A DNA stretch of 64,000 nucleotides from Candidatus Enterousia sp. (GTDB lineage: Bacteria > Pseudomonadota > Alphaproteobacteria > Rs-D84). Below the pieces are notes generated by a model, which was not told the DNA's origin, did not search any database, and was given only the letters and a program-made list of their open reading frames with translations. The position numbers were made by a program, and so were the translations under genes. The DNA lies in NCBI GenBank assembly GCA_045617905.1, contig JAZLJO010000013.1:532-64531 (forward strand), written 5' to 3'. Position 1 is the first letter of the stretch, and each line of letters opens with the position of its first letter. Below are positions 31,900 to 44,379 of the stretch, in pieces.

Positions 31900-32748
31900 T
31901 TATTGATAATGGCATTCACTGGTTATTTTGTATGTACCGATATCGTTTGTAAATGTATCATTCGATATACTGTATGCTTGCATAAAACAGTCTTTTATAC
32001 TGTTGGCATTTGTAGTGCTTCGACCATATTTGCCGGATGCTGCGCCTGTTCCTGCAATTTCATATTCAGGACATCTTGTACAATTGGATGTTGATGCATA
32101 ATACCCAGCGGAACAATCTTTGTAACAATCGAAAATGTATTTATGGTATCCCGATTTACAGGTAACGGGGCCCCATTGAGCCTGTCCACCAGAATTCGTT
32201 ACACCTTTGCCACCATAACATTTAGAATAAAATAAACCACATGTATCCATACCAATGGTATTGCTTGTATTACCACTGCATGAACCTGTTGTCCCGGTCC
32301 AACAATATAGTTTGCCATCTGGTCCAGTTAATTGTGCTTGGCTACAATTTGAAGCGGTGCAATCAACACCATTACCGGTTGTTGTGCCACCGCCGGTTCC
32401 ACCGCTGGTTTTACCACCATTGTATTTTATTTCGGTTATACTGCCGCAATTATTGCATGGCTTTGTCTGGCCGGTTGCTCCTCCACTTATAAGGTTTGCA
32501 CCTCTACATTCACATGTTTCGTCTGTATCTATAGACCAGGATTTGCAACAAATAGGTGTATCGATAAATGTAGGTGATTGACCAGAGATAAATGGCGTTG
32601 AGCCAGAAAAACGCTGTGCACAGTATTTAGAACCTGTCACAGCACCCGCACCACATGTAGGAAATGTTGTCGTTGATCCCCCAAAAACATTATTAAAACC
32701 AAAGAAAAACAAACACAAAGATGTGGTAAAAATTGGTAAGAATTTCAT
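31900..32748 (-). CDS. Secreted Cys/Gly/Thr-rich protein
   Basis: Signal peptide, many Cys, CSAGYY/CTRCP motifs. Confidence 0.8.
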   Translation of the reverse strand: MKFLPIFTTSLCLFFFGFNNVFGGSTTTFPTCGAGAVTGSKYCAQRFSGSTPFISGQSPTFIDTPICCKSWSIDTDETCECRGANLISGGATGQTKPCNNCGSITEIKYNGGKTSGGTGGGTTTGNGVDCTASNCSQAQLTGPDGKLYCWTGTTGSCSGNTSNTIGMDTCGLFYSKCYGGKGVTNSGGQAQWGPVTCKSGYHKYIFDCYKDCSAGYYASTSNCTRCPEYEIAGTGAASGKYGRSTTNANSIKDCFMQAYSISNDTFTNDIGTYKITSECHYQ

Positions 32749-32781
32749 GATAATACCCCTTCCGTTTGACTATAAAACTTA

Positions 32782-32801
32782 ATATATATATATATATATA
32801 T
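32782..32801. repeat. (AT)10 microsatellite in promoter region
   Basis: ATATATATATATATATATAT next to TTGCAA, 34 bp upstream of the 32748 start. Confidence 0.85.
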
Positions 32802-32927
32802 TGCAAGAATAAAATGGTGTATACATCCGCTTAAAGCGTCGGTGATACGTAAAATAAAAAAAGTGGCGATTTTTTGTCACAAAAAATAACCCGCCTGTGG
32901 GCGGGAAAAATGAAAAATCTGTATTGA

Positions 32928-33152
32928 TTAAAAGATCTTTGGATCAAACATATTGATAAAATTATTTTTATTTGATATCGATTTATTTATTTTATTTTTA
33001 ATGTTGTCCTCATTTATTTCTGATTTTTGTTTATCTGCATACTTGCGTTTACAATCAAATCGAAGTTGCAGGTAAGTTTTCTGTACTTGAAGTGGTAAAT
33101 TATTAAAATCTGGATTCGAAATTAATTTACGTATTTGCGTATAGTCACTCAT
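32928..33152 (-). CDS. Small hypothetical protein
   Basis: ATG with AGGG RBS, terminator downstream. Confidence 0.5.
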   Translation of the reverse strand: MSDYTQIRKLISNPDFNNLPLQVQKTYLQLRFDCKRKYADKQKSEINEDNIKNKINKSISNKNNFINMFDPKIF

Positions 33153-33238
33153 TTTTTTATCCCTGTGATATTTTTATTGTGTGCCACAGAGAATAACATA
33201 GTAGACAAAAAATAGTCAAGAATTTTTTGTCTGAAATG

Positions 33239-35260
<2,022 letters not shown>

Positions 35261-35293
35261 TCATATTTTTAATACAATTGAAATTATGTTGGG

Positions 35294-35761
35294 TTATCCC
35301 TTTAACAGACGTGATTGTGTTTTACTCCATTCACGTCGTTTTATTGTTTCGCGTTTATCTATGCGATTTTTACCATATCCAACACCCAATAACACCTTTA
35401 ACCGGCCATGATTTGTAAAGTATAATTTCAGTGGAACAATGGTGGCACCTTTTTCCTGTAATTTTCCGACTAATCGATTTATTTGATTACGGTGTAATAA
35501 TAATTGACGACTGCGTCGTTCATCAAAGTTTATAATGCGGGCCGCTGTTGGCAATTTTTGAATTTCAATTCCTGCCAGAAACAGGTTATCCCCACGGCGT
35601 TGAACAAATCCGTCAACAATCGTTACCAAACCATATCGAATTGATTTTATTTCGGCACCGGTTAATGCGATTCCTGCCTCTATTGTGTCATCAATAGAAT
35701 AATTGAACCGCGCTTTGCGGTTTTCAGAAACTTGACCAAATTTTATCAATTGACGTGTCAT
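35294..35761 (-). CDS. smpB: SsrA-binding protein
   Basis: NRKARFNY, EAGIALTGAEIKSIR, DKRETIK. Confidence 0.96.
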   Translation of the reverse strand: MTRQLIKFGQVSENRKARFNYSIDDTIEAGIALTGAEIKSIRYGLVTIVDGFVQRRGDNLFLAGIEIQKLPTAARIINFDERRSRQLLLHRNQINRLVGKLQEKGATIVPLKLYFTNHGRLKVLLGVGYGKNRIDKRETIKRREWSKTQSRLLKG

Positions 35762-35929
35762 AATGCGATATATTCTATATTATGTGGGTATAAAAAGCAA
35801 ATTTTATCTGCATAGGTCTGTTGTTAGATATATTTTCAAGGTTTTATTTCTTAAAATGTTATTGACTATGATAAAAAGGGTGTTATTGTTACCGGAGTTG
35901 AAAAATACATAAATAAAGGAATTGTAGAT

Positions 35930-36382
35930 ATGAATAATAAAACAAAGGCATTGTTGCTTGCTTTGTTGACTTGGACTGGTGTTGCACGTTCACAGACAAA
36001 TTCTGCGGATTCAATTGCAGATGATACGCGATCATTGTTGAAAGATACAATGTTTGTAAATAAAGTTTTTAACCGTATCAGAATGGATATTTGCACCGCC
36101 GGTGCGAAAAATAAATTTGGCGATAACAAAAATGTTGTAATTATATCTAAAAAAGAAGAATGTGAAACGCCAAATATGGTTGGACAAATTAAGTGTAATG
36201 GAACGTATCAATGTGCAGTGGATGATTTGTCTGCACAAAATACGGATACAATCCCAGGGCAGAAATTTAACGTTGAATATGAATTTATATGTCAACGCGG
36301 TGAACATTATTATATTAAAAATGCCAGACGTGTCCCAACAATGCCGGTGCAGGTAATTGCAAACAATGTAAAAACTTATTAA
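35930..36382 (+). CDS. Hypothetical exported protein
   Basis: Signal peptide; AAGGA RBS. Confidence 0.65.
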   Translation: MNNKTKALLLALLTWTGVARSQTNSADSIADDTRSLLKDTMFVNKVFNRIRMDICTAGAKNKFGDNKNVVIISKKEECETPNMVGQIKCNGTYQCAVDDLSAQNTDTIPGQKFNVEYEFICQRGEHYYIKNARRVPTMPVQVIANNVKTY

Positions 36383-37035
36383 TGCGGATGGTGATTATGA
36401 AAATGTTAAAGCAGGGCAATTTATTAAATTGGATGAAAAGAAATAAACGATCATCTGTTTTGATGATGGCTGGGGCTATGTTAATGAATGTTGCACATGC
36501 GCATGATGTGCCAACGCGTAAGCTGTTGAAAATTAATGATATAAAAAATGAGAAAATAATATTCCCAATTGAAAAAAATTTTTTTCTTGGATCAATAAAA
36601 TGGTCGGACAGGGCGGTTTGTGAGGCATTGGCAGATATTGTAATGCAATATGATAATTCATGGTTTGGGTATGCGTTATATAAAGATCATTTTTACAATG
36701 ATTTAACTTTGTTGTGTTATCAGATTATTTCAGATATGTTAAAATCACATCAAGAATTAACCAGACAAAATGTTTTTGATGCGTTGTTTAATGTTTTGTG
36801 TGCCGAAACAACATGTTTAAATATAAATGGAACTTATGTTCCACGTGTAATGCGGGAAATTGAAGTAAATGGTCGTAAATGTGCTATTGATTGGTTGTCA
36901 TTTGAGGTTGGAATGATGGAATTTACCGATTTGTTAATAAATGCTGTGAATGAAAAACAGGACGCGTTAGATAAAAAACAATCTTTGAATGGTTTGGACA
37001 TATTTTTGAATAATGTGATAAAACTAAATCGCTAA
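36382..37035 (+). CDS. Hypothetical protein (start uncertain)
   Basis: 217-aa ORF coupled to upstream gene, terminator downstream. Confidence 0.65.
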   Translation: MRMVIMKMLKQGNLLNWMKRNKRSSVLMMAGAMLMNVAHAHDVPTRKLLKINDIKNEKIIFPIEKNFFLGSIKWSDRAVCEALADIVMQYDNSWFGYALYKDHFYNDLTLLCYQIISDMLKSHQELTRQNVFDALFNVLCAETTCLNINGTYVPRVMREIEVNGRKCAIDWLSFEVGMMEFTDLLINAVNEKQDALDKKQSLNGLDIFLNNVIKLNR

Positions 37036-37062
37036 AAAAAAATCCCCCGAATTGGGGGATTT

Positions 37063-37812
37063 TTATAGTTTAATTTTTGGATATAGACGTTTTGTGTTTT
37101 CAAATAAAATGTTTTCCATTTCAGATAATGGAATATTTTTTATTGTTGCCAAAACACGTGCCGTTTCGATTGCCATGAATGGTTCGCATTGTTTTCCACG
37201 ATATGGAACCGGTGCACAATATGGGGTGTCTGTTTCAATAACTATGCGATCATTTGGAATTGTTGCAAATGTTTCACGAACATCATTTGCATTTTTGAAT
37301 GTTAAAATGCCACTGGCTGAAAAATAAAAACCACGATCCAACATTTTTTTTGCAAAACCTGTGGTTCCCGTAAAACAATGCATAACGCCATAAATATCAA
37401 ATTCAGACAGTATTTGTTCTGTGTCGGTTTCTGCATCACGCGTATGTATCGCAACCGGTAATTTATTGTGTTTGGCAATTTCTAATTGATTGTGAAACAA
37501 TTTAATTTGGGCGTCTTTTGTGTCTGCATTATAATGATAATCTAAGCCGATTTCACCAATGCCAACAACATACTGATTTGATAATACCGAATCTGTTAAA
37601 TATTCAAATGCATTTGTCCCACTGTATTCTGGGTGAATACCGATTGTGCAAAAAATATTTTTATTGTTTTGGGCAATGTCTAGTGTTGGTTTTATATCGT
37701 CTGGATTTGCGGTGGCACATATCAATGCACCAACCCCAGCCACATTTGCCCGTATAATAACATCTGGTAAATTTTCAATATCTGTTAAATGGCAGTGGGT
37801 GTCGATAAACAT
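37063..37812 (-). CDS. tatD: TatD family hydrolase
   Basis: IDTHCHL, GIHP, GEIGLDY, HTRDA, HCF, ETD. Confidence 0.95.
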   Translation of the reverse strand: MFIDTHCHLTDIENLPDVIIRANVAGVGALICATANPDDIKPTLDIAQNNKNIFCTIGIHPEYSGTNAFEYLTDSVLSNQYVVGIGEIGLDYHYNADTKDAQIKLFHNQLEIAKHNKLPVAIHTRDAETDTEQILSEFDIYGVMHCFTGTTGFAKKMLDRGFYFSASGILTFKNANDVRETFATIPNDRIVIETDTPYCAPVPYRGKQCEPFMAIETARVLATIKNIPLSEMENILFENTKRLYPKIKL

Positions 37813-38705
37813 TTTTTTATTTCTGATATTATTTTAAATACAGCAATTTCTGGTTCTAAATTTACTGATTTGATATCTGCAATTGCACGTGTCGTTTTTG
37901 GATATAAATCTGCCAACCCATATGCGGCAACCGCATCCAATAATATACTGTGTAAAGACATGTCGGGGGCAATCTTTTTTGCAACTGCCATAATATCTGC
38001 GGAATTTGATCTGGGTGAATTTAATGTTTTTATTAATTCGTCATAAATTGCATCGCCACCGGTTTGCTTTAATTTTGCAATACGTCCAAAACACCCGTTT
38101 GACAGACGCAAATTTTCAGTGCTGATATCTTCTTCGGGCATAAATTTTACGCACAGTTGTCGTAATTGGTCAATGCTTAGCGGACGCATTTTCTCAACGC
38201 GTGCACGTGATCGAATTGTCGGTAATACGTTTGCCAATTGATGGACAACCAATAAAAATAATGTTTTTGCGGGCGGTTCTTCTAATAATTTCAATATCGC
38301 ATTTGATGCCGCGGTATTTAATTCATCTACAGAATCAATTAATATCACACGCCAATCGCCGGACATAGATGACATTTGCATTTTTTCAATCATTGCGCGT
38401 ACGGTAAACACAGATATTGTTTTTGAATCAGATTTTATCTTTCCGTCTTTATCTATGTTTCGATCAATATCAATTATGAAAAAATCGCCAACATTACCGT
38501 ATACCATTTTTGCAATTTTATATGCTAATGTTGCTTTGCCGATGCCACGTGGACCGGTTAACATCCATACCGGATGGATTGGATGAATATCACGGCCCGC
38601 CCATGCGGTTGTGAAATTTTTTAATACATCATCATGGCCAATTAAAACCTCATTATCCATTGGGTGTGGAAATGTATACGAAGATGCGGATTTTCGTGGT
38701 GCCAT
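37785..38705 (-). CDS. holB: DNA polymerase III delta' subunit
   Basis: GPRGIGKAT, NAILKLLEEPP, LPTIRSR. Confidence 0.88.
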   Translation of the reverse strand: MAPRKSASSYTFPHPMDNEVLIGHDDVLKNFTTAWAGRDIHPIHPVWMLTGPRGIGKATLAYKIAKMVYGNVGDFFIIDIDRNIDKDGKIKSDSKTISVFTVRAMIEKMQMSSMSGDWRVILIDSVDELNTAASNAILKLLEEPPAKTLFLLVVHQLANVLPTIRSRARVEKMRPLSIDQLRQLCVKFMPEEDISTENLRLSNGCFGRIAKLKQTGGDAIYDELIKTLNSPRSNSADIMAVAKKIAPDMSLHSILLDAVAAYGLADLYPKTTRAIADIKSVNLEPEIAVFKIISEIKKCLSTPTAI

Positions 38706-38711
38706 CGGATT

Positions 38712-39887
38712 TTATTTGCCCCCGAATATAATGTTAAGGTTTTTAATTATACGTCCGATAAATCGTGTTTTTGATACACGTTCTGCGGCAACCAATGGGG
38801 CACGTGCAATTACACGACCGTCTTGTTCTGCGATAATTTCACCGATTGTGTCACCTTTGGCAATTGGGGCGCGTAATGGGTCATCATATCGTGCCAAAAC
38901 GCGGATTCCATGCAATCCTGTGCCGTGTGGTAATGTAACTGCAAAGGTTTTTGCAACAGTTGCGGTTACGGTATTGTTACGACCATACCACACAGGAATG
39001 TTTGCAATTTTATTTCCCGAACGGTAAAAAACATGGGTTGTTGTCGTTGTGTATCCATAATTTAATAATTTTTTCATCTCGGCCGCCAATGCGTCGTGAC
39101 CATTGCCACGGAAACCGTTTATAACACCAATTAGACGACGCCCCCCAATAATGCTGGATGCAACCATTCCATAACCACCATCTGCTGTATGTCCCGTTTT
39201 TAATCCATCGGCCCCATTCATAATGAACAGCAATTTGTTATAATTTACAGTATGTGTCCGCCCCCATTCACGACACCAATCGGTCTTATGTTCCGTAAAA
39301 TCAAAACGTCTGGTCGCAAACATTGGATAAATATCTGGGTGGTGTGATATTACGTATTCCGCCAATGTTGCTAATTCGCGACTGGTCATCAAATTGTTTG
39401 GATTAGGCAGTCCGCTGGCATTCCCAAATGTTGATTGTGGCATCCCAATTTCACGTGCCTTGCGGCGCATTAAATCTGTAAATGCATTTTCATTTCCTGC
39501 CAAATATTCTGCAACGACAACAGATACATCACCACCGGATAAAACGATTAAACCCAATATCGCGTCGCGTACACTGATTGTTTGCCCAGATACCAGGCAA
39601 ACCTTGCTGGCCGGATACCATAATGGGTTTGTATAATCTGCATTTGGACCAACGGGCAGGCGTGAATCCATATTTAAATGTCCAGCCTTGATTTCATCAA
39701 ACAGAACGGTCAGTGTCATCAATTTTATCATTGATGATGGTGGCATTAAAACATCACCATTTTTATTAACAATTTCCGCCCCAGAATCATAATCTATCAA
39801 AAATGCCGATTGTGCCTTGGTATTAAAATTTGCAAATGCCATAACTGGACTTAATGCAACAAACAAAGTAAGTAATATGTTTCTCAT
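38712..39887 (-). CDS. dacA: D-Ala-D-Ala carboxypeptidase
   Basis: SMIK (SxxK), KTGHT, C-terminal PBP5 domain; SxN appears as SGG. Confidence 0.88.
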   Translation of the reverse strand: MRNILLTLFVALSPVMAFANFNTKAQSAFLIDYDSGAEIVNKNGDVLMPPSSMIKLMTLTVLFDEIKAGHLNMDSRLPVGPNADYTNPLWYPASKVCLVSGQTISVRDAILGLIVLSGGDVSVVVAEYLAGNENAFTDLMRRKAREIGMPQSTFGNASGLPNPNNLMTSRELATLAEYVISHHPDIYPMFATRRFDFTEHKTDWCREWGRTHTVNYNKLLFIMNGADGLKTGHTADGGYGMVASSIIGGRRLIGVINGFRGNGHDALAAEMKKLLNYGYTTTTTHVFYRSGNKIANIPVWYGRNNTVTATVAKTFAVTLPHGTGLHGIRVLARYDDPLRAPIAKGDTIGEIIAEQDGRVIARAPLVAAERVSKTRFIGRIIKNLNIIFGGK

Positions 39888-39934
39888 GATGATTGTGATA
39901 CTAGCAATAATATCATCCTTTGACAATATATATT

Positions 39935-41176
39935 TTATAAAGTTTTACCAATAAATTCATCATTTTCAATATCTGTTAATTTTATGTTGCAGATTGTGCG
40001 TGATGGAATTGTTGCACCATCTATGCGAACGGAAATATCGTGTGGCGTGCGTGCAATATTGTTTTCTTCGACCAATACTTGTGTGATCTGTCCCAGATTT
40101 TTTTGCATAAATGCACGTCGATTTTCATCGGCTGCATCTGATATTATTTTTACACGTTGTTTTGATATGTTGTGGTCAATTTGTCCGGACATGTCGGCTG
40201 CTGACGTTCCAGGACGGGGTGAAAATGGAAATGCGTGAATTTTAATTGGTTTTGTTTCGTGTATTAAATCCAATGTTTGATTGAATAAATTGTCTGTTTC
40301 ACCTGGAAAACCGCAGATAATATCCCAACTGAATGTGATGTCATTCGCCGCAGAAACAATTTGTCGAACCGTATCTGCATTATGGCGGCGGCCCATTGTG
40401 CGCAATATTTCGTTTGCCCCAGATTGCATTGACAGGTGTATATGTGGCATCATGCGTTTGTCACTATGTATCAAATCAATTAATTTGAAAATTTCTGGGG
40501 ATGCTGGATCTAATGATGATATGCGTAAACGTTGTATCTTGGGGACGTCTTCTAACAGTTTTTTGCATAAATCTGATATGAAAAAGCCATTATGGATGTA
40601 ACTGGCTGTATCAACACCGGTTAATACAATTTCATAAAAGCCATTTTCGACCGCATTACGGGCATCCGATAAAATATCCTCATATTTGAATGATACCGCA
40701 TGCCCACGCAACATTCGTGTTATACAGTATGTACAGGCGTGATTACAACCATTTTGAACCTGAATAAATTGCTTTGATAAAGGTGTATCGCATTTTGCGG
40801 ACATAGTAATTTTATCTGTGGTAAAATTGCATGGCGCAGAATTTATGGCATCAATGTACGCCATTGGTGTTAATTTGTCTGAATTTTGGATAACCATTGT
40901 ATTTGGTATTTCGGAAAACAGACCTGAATTACGTGTTGCCGCACATCCTGTAACGAAAATAGGGGCATCTGGATTTTCGCGCGCCAAACGACGAACGGTT
41001 TGACCGGATTGGCGTTCTGCCTCGGCTGTGACGGCACATGTGTTAACTAAAATTGCGGCGGGAACGATTTTAGACAGCATATTTTGAATCTTTTCAGACT
41101 CTAATGCATTTAATCTGCATCCCATAGACAATGTTTTTATATTGTTTTTGTTATTTTCTGCTTGCATTTTTATCAT
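39935..41176 (-). CDS. mtaB: tRNA methylthiotransferase, MtaB type
   Basis: GCRLN, NTCAVT, CNHACTYC radical SAM motif. Confidence 0.88.
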   Translation of the reverse strand: MIKMQAENNKNNIKTLSMGCRLNALESEKIQNMLSKIVPAAILVNTCAVTAEAERQSGQTVRRLARENPDAPIFVTGCAATRNSGLFSEIPNTMVIQNSDKLTPMAYIDAINSAPCNFTTDKITMSAKCDTPLSKQFIQVQNGCNHACTYCITRMLRGHAVSFKYEDILSDARNAVENGFYEIVLTGVDTASYIHNGFFISDLCKKLLEDVPKIQRLRISSLDPASPEIFKLIDLIHSDKRMMPHIHLSMQSGANEILRTMGRRHNADTVRQIVSAANDITFSWDIICGFPGETDNLFNQTLDLIHETKPIKIHAFPFSPRPGTSAADMSGQIDHNISKQRVKIISDAADENRRAFMQKNLGQITQVLVEENNIARTPHDISVRIDGATIPSRTICNIKLTDIENDEFIGKTL

Positions 41177-41229
41177 CCATAATGCATTATAATCAGGTTA
41201 AAAAGTGATTTCAATAAAGGATTTTAATT

Positions 41230-41583
41230 ATGGCACGTACGACAAATTCTGATACATTACCATTTGTGGACAGTCGTTATGAATTGGGAATGTTGGCATC
41301 ACAGCGTGTTCGCGACCTGAATGGTGGTGCGGCATCGGTTATTGATAAACGTAATGATAAAATGACGGTTGTTGCATTACGTGAAATTGCCAGTGGTAAA
41401 TTGGATATAAACGCGGTTCGTCATGAATTTGTTCAATCGTATAAACAGGCTCCATCCGTTGCGGATTCATTAGAGGTTGGCACGACCGAAGATCCATTGT
41501 TGCGTGAAATAGATGCGGAATTGGAAAATGTGTTGGCTGTTGAAGACAATGCCGAAGATGCCGCGGATGATGACGCAGAGTAA
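41230..41583 (+). CDS. rpoZ: RNA polymerase omega subunit
   Basis: MAR.T..D, RYEL, ASQR, DKMTVVALREIA. Confidence 0.93.
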   Translation: MARTTNSDTLPFVDSRYELGMLASQRVRDLNGGAASVIDKRNDKMTVVALREIASGKLDINAVRHEFVQSYKQAPSVADSLEVGTTEDPLLREIDAELENVLAVEDNAEDAADDDAE

Positions 41584-41598
41584 GGGTTAAACGAATAC

Positions 41599-41689
41599 GG
41601 AGACGTCGCATAGTTGGTCTAGTGCGCTACATTGGAAATGTAGTATACCGGCAACGGTATCAAGGGTTCGAATCCCTTCGTCTCCGCCA
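41599..41689 (+). tRNA. tRNA-Ser(GGA)
   Basis: GGA anticodon, long variable arm, GCCA end. Confidence 0.95.
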
Positions 41690-41698
41690 CTAAAATTC

Positions 41699-41906
41699 AA
41701 CATCTCTGACAATGTTCAGAGATGTTCTTTTTTTGCCCGGTTCCCGGGGCTTTCTGTATATAAGGTTTCCAGTATATGCAAATGACAAAGCCAAATGTCC
41801 CAACATTTACCCATATGACATACCTTGCCAAAAATCCCGATGCCAGTTTAAGTATTTATAATCAATTTTTTACTATCTTGAACAAATCATTATCATTGAT
41901 TTTAAT
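41699..41906. repeat. Diverged direct repeat, copy 1 (includes relic of recombinase 3' end)
   Basis: Colinear with 47642-47850; minus strand reads IKINDNDLFKIVKN*. Confidence 0.7.
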
Positions 41907-42135
41907 TATTCAATATACTTTGTTTGAGCTCTCGGTCTGACTGTTTTTTATCTGATAAGGATATCTGTTTGGAACTTTTTGACAGATAAAATATGGTTCA
42001 TATCATGTTCTTCTTTATTTTTTTTATGTGAATTTTTTCTTGCGAAAAATACTATAAACTAATACGATTACAATGTTGATGTGTAATGTTTTCAAATGCA
42101 CGAAAAAACAAAAATCCAAAAACAAGGTTGCTAAA

Positions 42136-43680
42136 ATGAAAAGCCAAAAGAAAAATATTAAAAATCTCGGATATGAAAGCAATAAAAGTTTATATTGGGC
42201 AATAGGAACCGTATTAGTTTCTGAATTGTTGATGTTGATTATGAACGCTAATATTGTAACCATGTTTGTAACGGGGCTATTCTGTGCTGGTATAGGGGGA
42301 TTATTTGGTTACGATTTGACCAAACATACCTACAATAAATCTTGGTATCCAACTATTGGTATGTTAGGTACATTTGTTGGGATATTTATAGGACTTTATG
42401 GTTTAGATATTTCTAATGTTAATAAAGTTACAACAAGTTTATCAGAATTACTTAGCGGATTAAAACTGGCATTTATTACAAGTATTGTTGGGTTGATATT
42501 TTCTATTTTGCGTAAAGCTTGGGACTCTTTTGATTGGAATAAAATTGAAGAACTTGATACAGATATGGTGTTGCAATCAATCGATGAAAACACAAAGCAA
42601 ATAGATAATAATACGGCTATAGTCAATGAATTAGTTGCTCTGAAGACAGAATTCAAAAAGTTTGCTGTGAAGGTTTCAGAAACTGCAGCAGTCCAGTTTT
42701 CTAGTGCATTAAATGAAGTTGCAAGTGATCTTAACAATAAGTTGTCCGAACAATTTGGTTCTAACTTCAAGGCATTCGCTGGTTCTGTTGACAAGCTGGT
42801 CGATTGGCAAACAAAAAATAAAGAATATATGGAAAAATACACAAAGTATCTGACAGATTGTACAAATGCTTATAACGAAAAACTTGAACTCTTGGCAAAT
42901 TCTGCAGCCAGTGTTGAGAAAATTATGGCACAAACACAGCAACATATCACAGCCTTAAACTCATCTCTGAAAGAACTTGACTCATTGGGAGAACAGGCAC
43001 ATAAATTTATTCCTGAGATAAAGGCTGTAATTGCTGAAGCAGAAACAGAAATTAAAACAATTGGTGATACGAGTCAAGCTGTTGTGACTTCTGTTCAAGA
43101 AATAACAAAATCATCAGAAGAAGAATTACAGAAACTGCATGTTGAAATCAGAGATACTGTTATAGAGAATCTTGATGCAACGTCTGCGAAACTTATTGAT
43201 GGATTCAATGTTGTAATTGCTGAAGCAGAAACAGAAATTAAAACAATTGGTGATATGAGTCAAGCTGTTGTGACTTCTGTTCAAGAAATAACAAAATCAT
43301 CAGAAGAAGAATTACAGAAACTGCGTGTTGAAATTAAAGACGCTGTCATAGAGAATCTTAATAACACATCCTCTAAAATTGTTGATGGAATAAAAGATAT
43401 CTCTAAAAAGAACATCGAAGAAGTTCAAAAGGTGGCAACAAACACAGCCACTACGGTTGACAATATGGCAAAGATATTTGTTGAGGAGTCGGTTACCAAA
43501 TTACAAGGCGTTGTTGGTAGAATGGACAAACAATTGGGCGAAGCAGGCGGTTATATTGCAGGTGCATTAAGTAAAATGGGTGATGATTTATATTATTTGC
43601 ATAACAAGCTTGAAGACCAGAAAGAGCAGACAGAAAATCTTAAGCAGGAAACAAAAAAAATATCTAAAAAAGGTAAATAA
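42136..43680 (+). CDS. zorA: Zorya ZorA-like MotA/ExbB channel with long helical tail
   Basis: GMLGTFVGI and LLSGLKLAFITSIVG TM motifs, LSEQFGSNFK..LVDWQ, long coiled-coil tail. Confidence 0.85.
   Translation: MKSQKKNIKNLGYESNKSLYWAIGTVLVSELLMLIMNANIVTMFVTGLFCAGIGGLFGYDLTKHTYNKSWYPTIGMLGTFVGIFIGLYGLDISNVNKVTTSLSELLSGLKLAFITSIVGLIFSILRKAWDSFDWNKIEELDTDMVLQSIDENTKQIDNNTAIVNELVALKTEFKKFAVKVSETAAVQFSSALNEVASDLNNKLSEQFGSNFKAFAGSVDKLVDWQTKNKEYMEKYTKYLTDCTNAYNEKLELLANSAASVEKIMAQTQQHITALNSSLKELDSLGEQAHKFIPEIKAVIAEAETEIKTIGDTSQAVVTSVQEITKSSEEELQKLHVEIRDTVIENLDATSAKLIDGFNVVIAEAETEIKTIGDMSQAVVTSVQEITKSSEEELQKLRVEIKDAVIENLNNTSSKIVDGIKDISKKNIEEVQKVATNTATTVDNMAKIFVEESVTKLQGVVGRMDKQLGEAGGYIAGALSKMGDDLYYLHNKLEDQKEQTENLKQETKKISKKGK
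43026..43334 (+). repeat. Tandem duplication within zorA, 186-bp (62-aa) period
   Basis: 43026-43148 and 43212-43334 nearly identical. Confidence 0.92.
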
Positions 43681-43683
43681 TAA

Positions 43684-44379
43684 ATGTTTATAAAAACTCG
43701 TGATGACTCATCACACTTTATATCTTTATCTGACATTATGACCGCTCTTATGATGATATTCTTGTTTGTGTCCGTAGCAATTATTATGCAAATTCAAAAA
43801 CATAATGAAATCGTCACAAATATTCAGGCAAACTATAAAAAACAAAAAGAGATGTTGTACGCTGACCTACAAGCTGAATTCAAGGATGATATGTCTAAGT
43901 GGGGGGCTAAAATAAATGAAGAAACATTGTCTGTTTATTTTGCTGGGGATGATGTTAGGTTTGATACTGGGCAATCTGATGTAAAACCAGAGTTTAAAAC
44001 AACCTTAGCAGAATTCTTTCCACGTTATGTACAGCTTATAAAAAAACATAAAGATGCTATCCAAGAAGTTCGTATAGAAGGGTATACAGATTCAACAGGT
44101 AAGCTTGGACAAACCATAGAAGAAAGATACTTTTATAACATGAAACTTTCGCAGGATAGAACACGCAGTGTTTTGGAATACTGTCTAACGTTACCTAATT
44201 TCACTAAAGATGATTTTAACTATATGAAAGATTTTATAACCGCCAATGGGTTAAGTTTCTCAAGATACATTCGTGATTCTAAAGGACATGAGGACAAAGC
44301 TGCCTCAAGACGTGTTGAATTTAGAATTCTAACTAATGCAGAAGCGACCATCGAAAGCATTGTAAAGGAAATGAATTGA
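43684..44379 (+). CDS. zorB: Zorya ZorB-like MotB/OmpA protein
   Basis: ISLSDIMTALMMIFL TM with conserved Asp; IEGYTDS, NMKLSQDRTRSV, SRRVEF. Confidence 0.88.
   Translation: MFIKTRDDSSHFISLSDIMTALMMIFLFVSVAIIMQIQKHNEIVTNIQANYKKQKEMLYADLQAEFKDDMSKWGAKINEETLSVYFAGDDVRFDTGQSDVKPEFKTTLAEFFPRYVQLIKKHKDAIQEVRIEGYTDSTGKLGQTIEERYFYNMKLSQDRTRSVLEYCLTLPNFTKDDFNYMKDFITANGLSFSRYIRDSKGHEDKAASRRVEFRILTNAEATIESIVKEMN

Noticed and set aside
42136-44379. Flagellar MotAB or ExbBD/TolQR
   Set aside because: Long ZorA-type tail, QFG.NF motif and defence-island context fit Zorya better
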